This document shows, piece after piece, positions 46,909-56,606 of a stretch of DNA of 58,920 bases; within the stretch, counting starts at the first letter, position 1, and every line of letters starts with the position of its first letter. The position numbers and the translations under genes were made by a program. The notes beneath the pieces are model-generated. The model saw only the letters and a program-made list of their open reading frames with translations, did no database searches and was not told the DNA's origin. Source of the DNA: a bacterium (lineage in GTDB: Bacteria; Patescibacteriota; Saccharimonadia; Saccharimonadales; AWTP1-31). The stretch covers positions 1 to 58,920 of the forward strand of contig JAUHZB010000005.1 in NCBI GenBank assembly GCA_030426125.1, written 5' to 3'.

Positions 46909-48696
46909 ATGTTTGATCGGGCGACTCGTTTACGATGGCGACGAAAGTTTAGGCGTAGCAAGAAGCAGGTCGAAGGAATAGGCCAACAAGCTGAAGTTGG
47001 AGTAGAGAAACACTTTTTTAAACGAGTAAGTCGTTTAGCTCAAGTCCGAAGGTTTATTGCTAGTTGGGTAGTACTATTTGTGCTACTTATTGGCGGAGTA
47101 CTTTACCAGACCAGAAGCCTCGGAGCTCATTATTTAAGTCCACAGCCAGCTGCTGGCGGTATATATAACGAGGGGATACTCGGTAGCTTTACTAATGCCA
47201 ACCCAATCTATGCAGCCAGTAGTGTAGACAATAGCGTCGTAGAATTAGTGTTCGCCGGGTTGTTTACTTTTGATGCCAACAACAAGCTGGTCGGAGAGCT
47301 TGCCAAAAGCTGGAAAGTTGATGCTCGGGGCCTGAACTACACTGTTACTCTTAAGCAGGGCCTAACTTGGCATGATGGTCAGCCTCTAACCTCGGCCGAC
47401 GTAGTTTACACCTACAATATGATCAAAAACCCAGACGCTAAATCGCCACTAGCTAGCAGTTGGCAGGGTATTAAGGTTAAAGCCAAAGGTCCCAACCAAG
47501 TGATCTTCACGCTGCCAAATATTCTAAGCTCTTTCCCTTATTCGATGGTTAATGGCCTGCTACCTAAACATTTACTTGATGGGGTACCAGCTTCACAGCT
47601 TCGGAGCGTAACTTTTAACACCAAAAGTCCAATCGGCTCTGGCCCCTTCAAATGGGAAGCTGTCGAAGTGATAGGTGCAACACCAGAGGAACGGGAACAG
47701 CGAATTGCCCTGGAGCCTTTTGAAGATTATGCCAATGGTAAGCCAGCTATAGATAAATTTTTAATTAGAACTTTCAACAGTGAAGAGAAATTAGCATCGG
47801 CTCTTAAGGCAAGACAAATAGATGGAGCGGCTGGTCTAACTACAGTTCCCGAGAACTTACGCGGCGATAGTACACTCAAGGAATACAATATCCCTCTAAC
47901 TAGTCAGGTTAACCTGTTTTTTAAAAACACTGTAGCTCCGTTTGACGAAGTCAATGTCCGCCGTGCCTTAAGCTACGCAACTGATACTAAAGCGATAGTC
48001 GACAATATTGCTCGTCCGGTAGGTGCAGTGCAAGGACCTCTGCTTAAGGGCCAGATTGGCTACAGCGATAAGATTACCCAAAAGGTAGGCGACCAAAACA
48101 AAGCCAAAGATTTACTAGATAAAGCAGGATGGCGATTAGCTCAGGATGGTTTGCGCCAAAAGAAAGATAAAACGCTGAGCTTTGCACTTACTACACAGGA
48201 AAATTCTACCTTTGACTTTGTTGCCCAGCAACTAAAAAAACAATGGGCTGAGATTGGTGTGAATGTTGACATTATTCAGCAAAAAGATAGCGATCTTCAA
48301 TCAGCTCTTACGGTTCATAATTACGATACTCTGCTATACGGAATTGCTATTGGTCCAGACCCAGATGTTTTTGCTTATTGGCATAGTTCTCAAGCTGATC
48401 TGCGTTCACCTAATAGCTTAAATTTCTCAGAGTATAATTCAGCTAAAGCCGATCGTTCACTAGAAGCTGGGCGAACGCGTGAAGATAACCGAGTTAGAAG
48501 CGTTAAGTATAAACCGTTTTTAGAAGCTTGGACCTCAGATGCTCCAGCGGTTGCTATCTACCAACCTCGCTATTTATATTTAGTAAGGGAACCACTATTT
48601 AACTTCTCGCACCGCCTGATGAATAACGGCTCTGATCGTCTTAATGACGTTAGTAACTGGATGGTTCGTAGAGAGCAACAGCCGGTAAAATATTAG
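46909..48696 (+). CDS. peptide ABC transporter substrate-binding protein (family 5), TM-anchored
   Basis: LAKSW..YTVTLKQGLTWHDGQPLTSADVVYTY; PIGSGPF. Confidence 0.88.
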   Translation: MFDRATRLRWRRKFRRSKKQVEGIGQQAEVGVEKHFFKRVSRLAQVRRFIASWVVLFVLLIGGVLYQTRSLGAHYLSPQPAAGGIYNEGILGSFTNANPIYAASSVDNSVVELVFAGLFTFDANNKLVGELAKSWKVDARGLNYTVTLKQGLTWHDGQPLTSADVVYTYNMIKNPDAKSPLASSWQGIKVKAKGPNQVIFTLPNILSSFPYSMVNGLLPKHLLDGVPASQLRSVTFNTKSPIGSGPFKWEAVEVIGATPEEREQRIALEPFEDYANGKPAIDKFLIRTFNSEEKLASALKARQIDGAAGLTTVPENLRGDSTLKEYNIPLTSQVNLFFKNTVAPFDEVNVRRALSYATDTKAIVDNIARPVGAVQGPLLKGQIGYSDKITQKVGDQNKAKDLLDKAGWRLAQDGLRQKKDKTLSFALTTQENSTFDFVAQQLKKQWAEIGVNVDIIQQKDSDLQSALTVHNYDTLLYGIAIGPDPDVFAYWHSSQADLRSPNSLNFSEYNSAKADRSLEAGRTREDNRVRSVKYKPFLEAWTSDAPAVAIYQPRYLYLVREPLFNFSHRLMNNGSDRLNDVSNWMVRREQQPVKY

Positions 48697-48784
48697 CTAG
48701 CTTAAAGCATTAATTTTATCTTTGTTTGTGATATCATTATTACATTAACAGTAATGCTTTAATTGGTAACAATACAAGGGGCTC

Positions 48785-50422
48785 ATGAGTAAAGTAGCAC
48801 ATTATCTTCAGGAACATTTAAGTGGGCGTGTAACAGCTGCTCAACCGATACGGAAATACTTTTCAACGGATGGTGGAGTTTTTGAAGTAACCCCTTCATT
48901 AGTTATTTATCCAAAGAATGAAAGCGATGTTCGTAAAACAGCTCGTTTTACTTGGCAGTTAGCTGAGCGTGGTCGAGTTATCCCGATAACTTCCCGTGGA
49001 ATGGGTACTGACCAGGCTGGGGCTGCTGTCGGTAGCGGAATAATGATGGTCTTTCCAGCTCATATGAACCGGATATTAGAGTTTGATGGTGGCTCTGGGA
49101 AAGTAACTGTCGAGCCGGGGCTGTTGTACGGTAAATTACAGCAGACTCTGCATACTCATGGTAAGTTCTTACCACCTTATCCTTCGTCTATGGAGTTCAG
49201 CTCTATTGGTGGGGCGATAGCCAATAACGCTGCTGGTGAGAAAACTTTAAAATATGGTTGCACGCGGGATTTTGTAAAGAGCTTGCGAGTGGTTTTAGCT
49301 AATGGTGAGGTTATTGAGACCCGTCGTTTATCTAAGCGGGAATTAAACAAGAAAATGGGCCTTACCTCTTTCGAGGGTGAGATATACCGAACTGTCGATG
49401 CCATTATTGAAGACAATAAAAAGGTGATCGAAGACTCTAAGTTAAGCGTCTCCAAGAACTCAGCCGGTTACGATATCGCTGACGTTAAACACAAGAACGG
49501 TTCCTTTGACTTAACGCCATTAATTGTTGGCTCACAGGGTACGTTAGGGATTGTAACTGAGGCTGAAATCCAGTCTGTGCCGCATAATCCCAAAACTAGT
49601 CTAATAGCTGCGTTCTTTGATGATCTAGCAGTTGCCGAGGAAGCTATTGCTAAGATTCGAGATTTGTCTTCAATACCGAGTGCTATGGAGATGGTTGATG
49701 ATAGTTTACTTAACTTCTTAGACAAACATAATCCTAATGAACTTAAAGGCTTGGTAGAAAAACCATTTAGTAAATTAATTGTCTTAATTGAATTTGATGA
49801 TGCCAATTCTAGAGTTCAAAAGCGAATGACAAAAAAAGCAATTAAGATACTTAGTAAGATGGATGTGAAGTACCAGCTAGAGACTGAAGAAGCTGAGAAA
49901 GAAAAGTTATGGTCAATTCGTCATAGTGCAGCTGCTGTAATATCTCACTCTGAAGGGAATACCAAAGCCCTCCCTATAGTTGAAGATGGTATTGTGCCAG
50001 AAGATAAGTTCCATCAATATATTGTTGGTGTTAATAAGATGTTCGAAAAGCATGGCTTAGATGTTGCTTTCTGGGGCCACGCTGGCAATGCCAATATCCA
50101 TATGCAGCCATTCCTGGATCTAAGTCAGGTAGGTGATCGTCAAAAAGCTTTCAAGATCATTGATGAATACTACAATCTGGTAATTAGCCTTGGTGGTAGT
50201 ACGAGTGGTGAGCATAGTGATGGAAGACTAAGGGCACCTTATCTAAAGAAACTCTATGGTGAGCCACTTTATACGGTTTTCCAGAAAGTTAAACAAGCTT
50301 TCGACCCTTATGATCTGCTTAATCCAGGGGTAAAGATGGACGTTAGTATTGACGACATTAAGCCATTACTGCGGCACGAATACTCGATGGATCATCTTGG
50401 GCACCACTTACCACGTAGTTAG
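48785..50422 (+). CDS. FAD-binding oxidoreductase (GlcD/D-lactate dehydrogenase-like)
   Basis: RGMGTD, SIGGAIANNA, GSQGTLG, GHAGNANIH, GEHSDG, LNPG. Confidence 0.88.
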   Translation: MSKVAHYLQEHLSGRVTAAQPIRKYFSTDGGVFEVTPSLVIYPKNESDVRKTARFTWQLAERGRVIPITSRGMGTDQAGAAVGSGIMMVFPAHMNRILEFDGGSGKVTVEPGLLYGKLQQTLHTHGKFLPPYPSSMEFSSIGGAIANNAAGEKTLKYGCTRDFVKSLRVVLANGEVIETRRLSKRELNKKMGLTSFEGEIYRTVDAIIEDNKKVIEDSKLSVSKNSAGYDIADVKHKNGSFDLTPLIVGSQGTLGIVTEAEIQSVPHNPKTSLIAAFFDDLAVAEEAIAKIRDLSSIPSAMEMVDDSLLNFLDKHNPNELKGLVEKPFSKLIVLIEFDDANSRVQKRMTKKAIKILSKMDVKYQLETEEAEKEKLWSIRHSAAAVISHSEGNTKALPIVEDGIVPEDKFHQYIVGVNKMFEKHGLDVAFWGHAGNANIHMQPFLDLSQVGDRQKAFKIIDEYYNLVISLGGSTSGEHSDGRLRAPYLKKLYGEPLYTVFQKVKQAFDPYDLLNPGVKMDVSIDDIKPLLRHEYSMDHLGHHLPRS

Positions 50423-50511
50423 TTAATGTAGTATCCGTAGCGTTGCTTTTTAACTAAAATGCAGTTAGCATAAAATAGTTCTTTAATTTTAATAATATAT
50501 TGAGTAGCTAT

Positions 50512-50595
50512 GCGCGAGTGGTGGAATGGTAGACACGCTTGTCTGAGGGGCAGGTGCCGCAAGGCGTGGAGGTTCAAGTCCTCTCTCGCGCACCA
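50512..50595 (+). tRNA. tRNA-Leu(GAG)
   Basis: GCGCGAG/CTCGCGC acceptor, long variable arm, CT-GAG-GG loop, CCA encoded. Confidence 0.95.
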
Positions 50596-50797
50596 AAAGA
50601 AGATTGGGTGTTAGCAAACATCGTAGCAAAGGGCTCTTTCCAGATAAAGGAAGGGACTCTTTCGTCATTGGACAAGACGTTTGATGAGGCGATGGCTAAG
50701 AGAGGTTTTGCAAACACGAGCGTACGCAACGAGCAAGGTCGCTAGATAATCACTCTTCCTTCTTGACAAACTTACTTTACTTTGGTAAACTGTAGCT

Positions 50798-51124
50798 ATG
50801 TCGCAAGATGTAAGTACAGTTTGGAAGGATGAAAAAGCACAACAGCTTGTTGAGGTTATACTTTCTATTTCAGATAAGCTTACGATGCAAAACTTCCTAC
50901 GTGACGTAATGACCGAAAAAGAGATAGTTGAAATTAGTGCACGCTTTGAAGCTGCGAAGATGCTTACAGAGGGCAAGAAGTACACTGAGATAGTCGCTAA
51001 GACAAAGCTCAGTAGCCGAACTGTTGCACGTATCAGCGAATGGCTTCAAAACGGCTGTAATGGCTATCAGTCAGCGTTAAACTCTGTTCATCACGAACAT
51101 CTGTCGCCAGCTCGTGCTGATTAG
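50798..51124 (+). CDS. YerC/YecD (TrpR-like) regulator
   Basis: FLRDVMTEKEI..RFEAAKML..KYTEI...SSRTVARI...GY. Confidence 0.88.
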   Translation: MSQDVSTVWKDEKAQQLVEVILSISDKLTMQNFLRDVMTEKEIVEISARFEAAKMLTEGKKYTEIVAKTKLSSRTVARISEWLQNGCNGYQSALNSVHHEHLSPARAD

Positions 51125-51148
51125 CTCGTTATCTTTAGAAACAGATAT

Positions 51149-51174
51149 AAACGCCAGCACGACGCTGGCGTTTT
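51149..51174 (+). terminator. terminator/attenuator hairpin
   Basis: AAACGCCAGC/GCTGGCGTTT stem; alternative pairing with end of yerC. Confidence 0.6.
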
Positions 51175-51210
51175 AAGTTGTGTATTTTTGTCAATTTGAA
51201 AGGGAATAAT

Positions 51211-51873
51211 ATGAGTAACAATAATTTTTATACGCCCGAGACGGTTCGCCCGTTGTACGGTGAAATACTACCAGCGTATCAGGAAGTTTTTGCAGTTCCA
51301 CCCTGGAACGAAGTGAGTAAATGCGTAGACGAGCAACTCCGCTGTGATGGTGGACTGTCTGACGTAGAAGTGGGTGGGCTATGTAATACTTGTGGGCTAT
51401 GCCCTACTCAGCCAGCTTACGAAGCTGATGAGCTAATCGAGCGATTTGATGCTCTTGGGCTATCACGCCCCACTGCTTGGTATGCTGAACAGAACGATTT
51501 GGGCTTAACAATGGCAGCTGTAGCGTGGAAGGCATTGCCTTCTGAAATTGCCACTGAGAAGTACGCAGATGTACCTGAAATCAGCGATTGGATAGTAGAT
51601 AAGCTCGGTGAAGAGCCTGTAATGTGGCTTGACGAGGTGTTTTCTAATAGAAAGCTTAAGTCTAGGGGCAATCTGCAGAACTTTGGAGGTTTTGTTCTGG
51701 GTTTAGCAATGATGCTCGATTGCGAGAAAGTCGCATATAGAACTATTGAGCCTAGAATGACCGCAGTGCCTAAGCGAGATTTTGGTGATAATGCGGTCGT
51801 TATGAACCGTAGGTTGGATGTACCTGATAGGCGGGATTTTGTCACAATCAGAAACATACAGGAGGTTCTATGA
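51211..51873 (+). CDS. divergent GNAT-like protein with Cys-rich insert
   Basis: YQEVFAVPPWNE...WLDEVF...RGNL; C-C-CxxC insertion. Confidence 0.55.
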   Translation: MSNNNFYTPETVRPLYGEILPAYQEVFAVPPWNEVSKCVDEQLRCDGGLSDVEVGGLCNTCGLCPTQPAYEADELIERFDALGLSRPTAWYAEQNDLGLTMAAVAWKALPSEIATEKYADVPEISDWIVDKLGEEPVMWLDEVFSNRKLKSRGNLQNFGGFVLGLAMMLDCEKVAYRTIEPRMTAVPKRDFGDNAVVMNRRLDVPDRRDFVTIRNIQEVL

Positions 51874-52577
51874 AAGTTTTAGTGATAGGTGGTATGCACG
51901 GCAACGAAACACTAGGGCTTGAGGTCGTAAAACTGTTTAAAGATAAATCCGTCAAAGCCGTAGATGTACTGCTTGCAAATGAACAAGCCATTGAAGGCAA
52001 TTGTCGCTTCGTCGGACAAGATTTAAACCGTTCGTTTCCTGGCGATAGCAACAGCCCTGAGTACGAGCCTCGACGAGCCTCTGAGATACTCAAACAAACC
52101 AAAAAGTACGATGTGGTATTAGACTTTCACAACACTTATTGCCCAAATAACGACTGCGGTTTCATCGGAGATAACGCAAACGATAATTTAACAGATGTGG
52201 CGTGGCTACTGGGTTTCGACAAAGTGATTGTTGCGGATTACGACTGCATCAACAAAGCTGCGAACAATTGCATATCGGTCGAGGTTAGCCTAGATAGCCC
52301 TCTTAACAATGCAGAGCTCTGGTACGAACGTATCGTGATGCTTTCTAGGCTAGATAGCTTTACAGCGACATCAAACATCCATAAGTATCGTTTTGTATAC
52401 AGAATGACCATCCAAGACAAAGAACGACTTAAGCTTGATGAACAAAAGCTTTTGGCATTCCAGCCCTTAAGTCGTGAGCTTGCAGATGCAATGGGAGTTT
52501 CGTCACCTGCTTACCCGATTTTTATCGGTGACAGCTACACCCCATACAATTATGGCGGTCTTCTTAACAGGTTGTAA
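51870..52577 (+). CDS. succinylglutamate desuccinylase/aspartoacylase family
   Basis: GGMHGNE, RF..DLNRSFPG, LDFHNT. Confidence 0.88.
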   Translation: MKVLVIGGMHGNETLGLEVVKLFKDKSVKAVDVLLANEQAIEGNCRFVGQDLNRSFPGDSNSPEYEPRRASEILKQTKKYDVVLDFHNTYCPNNDCGFIGDNANDNLTDVAWLLGFDKVIVADYDCINKAANNCISVEVSLDSPLNNAELWYERIVMLSRLDSFTATSNIHKYRFVYRMTIQDKERLKLDEQKLLAFQPLSRELADAMGVSSPAYPIFIGDSYTPYNYGGLLNRL

Positions 52578-52996
52578 AAAGCATCAAAAGCACATTGAAC
52601 CATCTAATTTCACCGCTTTGCCAACAGGAAAACAAACCATTTTTTGGTATCGGTAATTATTTAGGCGGTATGTGCGATTACGTCGTCTCTAGTTTAGAAG
52701 GTTCTAAGCATAGGGGGGGTAGCACGGCTATGACCTAAAGCATATAAGCTAATCCAACAACCTCCATTGTTTGCTAACAACTTTATTGTTGGCTACGGTT
52801 CAAACTTTACTCTAGTAAATATGATGCTAATAGGTGTAACTAGACTGTAACCTCTGTAATCTGAGACTTTCTGTATCAAGCGAAAGTAGCCGAAAAGCAT
52901 CCGCAATTTTGTTGGAAAACAACCAATCAGCTATACTGCTCAGTAGTTCAAAGTTGTGTGCGGGTTCCGCACCAACATGAGAAAGTTCATGATGAC

Positions 52997-53650
52997 TTAC
53001 TTCTCGAATATAGCTGAAGCCCAGCCAGTAATTTTTAAAAATAACTTTACGTCGAGTACGTATACGTCGAGAACTCCATATGGCAGAGTATTTTTTTTGT
53101 TGGTGCTAGATTTGTTTGGTTTATTGTATGTTTTATAGAATTGATTAAGAGGGATATTTGTTTGTTTTGACCAGTACTTTTCAGCCTTTTTGGTATCTAG
53201 ATGCTGATGAATATGAATATAGCCTCTAAATTTATTTTCTGGCACTTTGCATATTTCTCGAAAAAATCTCATCATTATTTGTATCATTCTAGGGTCACCA
53301 TTAGAAAATCTTACCATTCGTTGAGTTTTGCCTCCTTCAGCCCAGTAGAGCATTGTTCCGATAAGTAACAATTGGTAGTGCGTTATTTTGTTGATGTCGT
53401 TTTTGGCGGAATTTATAATTTCAATTCGTTTTTTTTCTTCAGACAATAATCTTGCTTCTCTCCGCTTTTCTATAGCTGATGTAGTAAAGGCGTTGTTTTT
53501 CAGATTATTTAGCTGAATAGAGTTTAATTTGACATCTTTTACCCATAAGCTAACTGAACTTTTAGAAACTCCTATTTTAGAAGCAATGTAGTTTAAAGAG
53601 TGTCCTTTTTCTCTGAGTTTGATCGCTTGACTTTTTTCTATATGCTTCAT
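52997..53650 (-). CDS. HTH plus LAGLIDADG-like domain protein
   Basis: LREKGHSLNYIASKIGVSKSSVSLWV HTH; MLYWAEGGK..FSNGDP..YWS. Confidence 0.7.
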   Translation of the reverse strand: MKHIEKSQAIKLREKGHSLNYIASKIGVSKSSVSLWVKDVKLNSIQLNNLKNNAFTTSAIEKRREARLLSEEKKRIEIINSAKNDINKITHYQLLLIGTMLYWAEGGKTQRMVRFSNGDPRMIQIMMRFFREICKVPENKFRGYIHIHQHLDTKKAEKYWSKQTNIPLNQFYKTYNKPNKSSTNKKNTLPYGVLDVYVLDVKLFLKITGWASAIFEK

Positions 53651-53739
53651 ACTAATACTACATAGTATACACTCCAAGGTTCGATAAATACAAGATTACT
53701 ATTGTTATATGGGCTAAAAATCTGTATTATATAAGCCTT

Positions 53740-53816
53740 GGGTCGTTAGCTCAGTTGGCTAGAGCGCCTGTTTTACACACAGGAGGTCGGGGGTTCAAAT
53801 CCCTCACGACCCACCA
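53740..53816 (+). tRNA. tRNA-Val(TAC)
   Basis: GGGTCGT/ACGACCC acceptor, TT-TAC-AC loop, CCA. Confidence 0.95.
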
Positions 53817-53844
53817 GTTAACACAATAAGCGTAGTATCTGCCT

Positions 53845-53920
53845 GGCTCTTTAGCTCAGTTGGTAGAGCAGAGGCTTGAAGAGCCTTGTGTCCCCAGTTC
53901 GAGTCTGGGAGGAGCCACCA
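53845..53920 (+). tRNA. tRNA-Phe(GAA)
   Basis: GGCTCTT/GGAGCC acceptor, TT-GAA-GA loop, TTCGAGT, CCA. Confidence 0.95.
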
Positions 53921-54126
53921 AGATACTAACTACAAATATGACTACATACTATTCAAGTTTAAACAATAAGACTAAGATACTGCCTTAGCTGAGCGCGGTC
54001 TCTTTGTCTATGCCCCGCACTCAGCGGGGTTTTTTATTTCCGAATAAAAAGTTCATTTAAGGCACACAGGAATAAGATCAGTATCGATTAGATACAAGAC
54101 TATTAACCTTAAATGAGTAGAAGATA

Positions 54127-54495
54127 ATGAATAACAGGATAAAAATAGAACCAAGTGTTTGCAACTTTATGGCCGAGCAGAGGGAGAATTGTATTAGCCA
54201 AAGCCAGTTCTATGGGCTAATGGAAGGTCATAGTGCTTTAGTTTCAGGAGTTCCGATGTTTAGGGATAACCCAGAGATATACTACAACCATAGCCAATAC
54301 CAGGCAGGTGCGTTGATACTACCAAGAGCATTAAGGATAGTGACTATACCTAGGGAGGGGCATAATCATCTGGAGGATAGATTTATTGGGAGATACCTCC
54401 AGCTGGAAGGTTATGATGAGATTAATGACATCAACTATGTATTCGGTGTTAGGCAACAACTTAGATTCTCTATACAGCTATTTGACCGAGGCTAA
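54127..54495 (+). CDS. hypothetical protein
   Basis: 122 aa ORF between tRNA genes. Confidence 0.45.
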   Translation: MNNRIKIEPSVCNFMAEQRENCISQSQFYGLMEGHSALVSGVPMFRDNPEIYYNHSQYQAGALILPRALRIVTIPREGHNHLEDRFIGRYLQLEGYDEINDINYVFGVRQQLRFSIQLFDRG

Positions 54496-54527
54496 CAATT
54501 CAGTATAATTATAGGGGTTAAATACAA

Positions 54528-54604
54528 GCGGGTGTAGCTCAGTTGTTTAGAGCGCGTCCTTGCCAAGGACGAGGCCAGGGGTTAGAGTCCCCTCACCCGC
54601 ACCA
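54528..54604 (+). tRNA. tRNA-Gly(GCC), atypical D/T loops
   Basis: GCGGGTG/CACCCGC acceptor, TT-GCC-AA loop, T-loop TTAGAGT, CCA. Confidence 0.92.
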
Positions 54605-54617
54605 AGATGACACTTAG

Positions 54618-54645
54618 AAAGCTCCCTTTTTCGGGAGTTTTTTGT
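54618..54645 (+). terminator. intrinsic terminator after tRNA-Gly
   Basis: AAAGCTCCC/GGGAGTTTT hairpin plus T-run. Confidence 0.7.
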
Positions 54646-54794
54646 TTATTGATCGGGTGCACGGTTTCAACCTGCGTCCGGCAAAGTGAACCTCACGAGA
54701 CAAAATGTGCCATTTTACAGATTGGAACCAGGGTTATAGCCTTGGCTCCATAGCGCTTTTGTTTAGCTGTGTTGTGTCTTGTATAGTTAGAGCC

Positions 54795-55463
54795 ATGGAA
54801 GATTACATTGGTTCAATAGTGACACTGGTCGTAGGATTTGTAGCGCTCTTTATTTACCAAAAGCAAAAACGTGACCACAAAAAAGATGCCGCCAACATTC
54901 TTATCATCGAAGTTGAGAGTGCAGAAAGGCAGCTACAAAATCTTAAGGAAAGCGGAACACCCAAGACACTTAAAGAAGGTCAGTATTTAATGCCTTCGTC
55001 TAGCTGGTCTAAGTATAGACATCTGTTCGCACGTGATTTCAGTAGTAGAGAATGGGATATACTCACAAACTTTTACAATAGATGTCACGAATTTGATGAT
55101 GCTGTGAGATATAACAGTACATTCTTTAGACAGGACGTTGAAGCATACAGAACCAGCATAAATCGAGTGCTTGCGGAAGTGGCCCTCGAGGTTACAAAGG
55201 ACGCCGAAAAAGACACAGAGGAAGATGATCAAAATAAACTAGAAGCGGCGGATAAGAAATATCTAGATCGGATAGCCCGAGTCATAAAACTGTATATGGA
55301 GCCTAAGAATCTGTACACCTACGATCCCCAGAAGCCAATCAATGATGCTGTTGCAGCATTGGGTAGCATGGAAAGCACGATATCTACCAGTACGATCGGC
55401 GTAAAGCTTCGAAAAATTGCAAAGCAATCCTTATTACAGAGAATCTTCTCAAAAAGAATCTAG
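54795..55463 (+). CDS. hypothetical protein with N-terminal TM
   Basis: MEDYIGSIVTLVVGFVALFIY then helical domain. Confidence 0.65.
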   Translation: MEDYIGSIVTLVVGFVALFIYQKQKRDHKKDAANILIIEVESAERQLQNLKESGTPKTLKEGQYLMPSSSWSKYRHLFARDFSSREWDILTNFYNRCHEFDDAVRYNSTFFRQDVEAYRTSINRVLAEVALEVTKDAEKDTEEDDQNKLEAADKKYLDRIARVIKLYMEPKNLYTYDPQKPINDAVAALGSMESTISTSTIGVKLRKIAKQSLLQRIFSKRI

Positions 55464-55537
55464 ATAGTAGCTAAGAGAGTTTTAACTTCAGCCACTATAC
55501 TGCACCAGACCATAAGCACTATCGGATGATAGTGTTT

Positions 55538-56446
55538 TTATTTTGATAAATAATTTTTTAGATGATGCAAAGCTCGTTTAGATCTTGCCAGATTTGACTC
55601 GTATGTATCACCTGCTACATGTTTAGAAAATATAACTCGTGGTAAATCTTTATAAAGCTCGTAGTTACGCTCGTTCGCAGACATATCAAAGATTGCAAAA
55701 TTACCTTCTTCCGCAATCCATTTATAAAATGCGGGCTTGTCAAAAGGGCTACCGCCACACGCCTGTACCAAAATTGAATTCGCCTTCATTGAATTAAATT
55801 CATCTCTACCCATAACCTCTACATTCGTTGGGCTACACAAAACTATAATTTCGGAATTTTCTATCAATTCTTTTTTGCCTTTATGAATGACACCTTTTTC
55901 TTCCCACTCTCTTTTACGGTTTGGGCCATAATAGCTAACATTCATCTTGTAGGCTTGGGCCATTCTTGCGATACCCTGACCGACTTCACCGAGCCCAATT
56001 ATTCCAATATTTCTATTCTTGAGCTGTAGAGATTTACCCTCCTGCCACTGATATTCGCCAACTCCTCTAGCGAGCTGAACTAGTAGCATAAAAAAGAACT
56101 CGGATACAGCCTGTTTGCCACCGGCAGATTTCGCATTTTTATCTGGCTTGCCTGACTTCATGTTTGTAAATGCAATATTTCGCCTATCTAATTCTTCTAA
56201 ATCTATATTCGCCGTCGAAGTACCGCACAGCCCGATGTATTTCAAATTTGGGCATGCATCTAAATATTCAGTGTCGATTTTTTCCCAAGGAGTTACTAGA
56301 GCGATTTCTGCATCACCAGTTCGTTCAATTCTTTCACTTTCTGGGCAGCGCTTTTTTGGAAATTCTATTTTATTTGTAGCAAATTTCTGAAATTCTTTTT
56401 GAACTTCGTCTGGTATCCTAAAGTCTAAGCAAACGATTTTATTCAT
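55538..56446 (-). CDS. D-isomer-specific 2-hydroxyacid dehydrogenase-like protein
   Basis: CPNLKYIG, IGIIGLGEVG Rossmann motif, HVAG. Confidence 0.8.
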   Translation of the reverse strand: MNKIVCLDFRIPDEVQKEFQKFATNKIEFPKKRCPESERIERTGDAEIALVTPWEKIDTEYLDACPNLKYIGLCGTSTANIDLEELDRRNIAFTNMKSGKPDKNAKSAGGKQAVSEFFFMLLVQLARGVGEYQWQEGKSLQLKNRNIGIIGLGEVGQGIARMAQAYKMNVSYYGPNRKREWEEKGVIHKGKKELIENSEIIVLCSPTNVEVMGRDEFNSMKANSILVQACGGSPFDKPAFYKWIAEEGNFAIFDMSANERNYELYKDLPRVIFSKHVAGDTYESNLARSKRALHHLKNYLSK

Positions 56447-56606
56447 GCTAACAGTATAGCAAGTCGATAAAAATAGTTCTGACATCATTCAAAATGCCCC
56501 ACCAAATCATTTTTAGAAAATGACCTCAAGAAAACGTCGAGTATATCAGCGTTTTTTCTTATACCTAAACTAGGACTTTAACTAACTACATTGTTATAAT
56601 TAGTCT

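Noticed and set aside
50539-50745. 68-aa ORF
   Set aside because: Starts inside tRNA-Leu; spurious
53823-53985. Imperfect repeat ACAATAAG...CTGCCT flanking tRNA-Phe as an att site
   Set aside because: Short and imperfect, no integrase; more likely tRNA spacer or processing sequence
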